Notes under the pieces: generated by a model
Told to the model about the DNA's origin: nothing
Databases searched by the model: none
Seen by the model: only the letters and a program-made list of their open reading frames with translations
Source of the DNA: Candidatus Hydrogenedentota bacterium
Lineage (GTDB): Bacteria; Hydrogenedentota; Hydrogenedentia; Hydrogenedentales; GCA-2746185
NCBI GenBank assembly: GCA_046583315.1
Contig: JAYGCN010000176.1
Location: forward strand, 1 to 25,599
Reading direction: 5' to 3'
Length of the DNA stretch: 25,599 bases
Made by a program: the position numbers and the translations under genes
Shown here: piece by piece, positions 25,598-25,599 of the stretch
Layout: every line of letters starts with the position of its first letter
How positions within the stretch are numbered: the stretch's first letter is position 1

Positions 25598-25599
25598 CA

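Noticed and set aside
1..25599. CRISPR arrays, tRNA/rRNA, IS elements, integrases, riboswitches and defence genes
   Set aside because: None recognised by eye; intergenic gaps are short and no spaced repeats were seen. Covariance-model searches were not run

Overview
Gene-dense bacterial chromosomal window of moderately high GC, with 25 CDS (the last one truncated). I found no rRNA, tRNA, CRISPR array or mobile element. In order: an AT-richer FkbM-family methyltransferase, divergent from a solitary minimal flagellin with a sigma-28 promoter, CsrA-type GGA sites and a bidirectional terminator; a minus-strand run of a PTS EIIA-domain protein, an unusual SpoIIM/DUF95-like membrane protein, two BtuF-like proteins and BtuD/BtuC-like ABC subunits; a plus-strand ABC ATPase, permease and accessory protein operon resembling pilus-associated PilHIG/Xap-type systems; an orphan prpD; ctaA-ctaB-sco oxidase assembly genes; a DUF4203-like membrane protein; gdhA; an acyl-CoA dehydrogenase and a small membrane protein; and a long minus-strand run of nupC (partial), thiD, a class-V PLP enzyme, thiolase, rarD and two exported esterases. 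Most of the content is housekeeping. The best leads for new biology are the ABC operon, whose third gene ends in a tandem 50-aa pseudopilin-like repeat, the MacB-like/SpoIIM-like fusion next to a signal-less Cys-rich BtuF paralog, and the highly acidic flagellin with its regulatory leader. All family calls come from reading motifs by eye; no database search was run.
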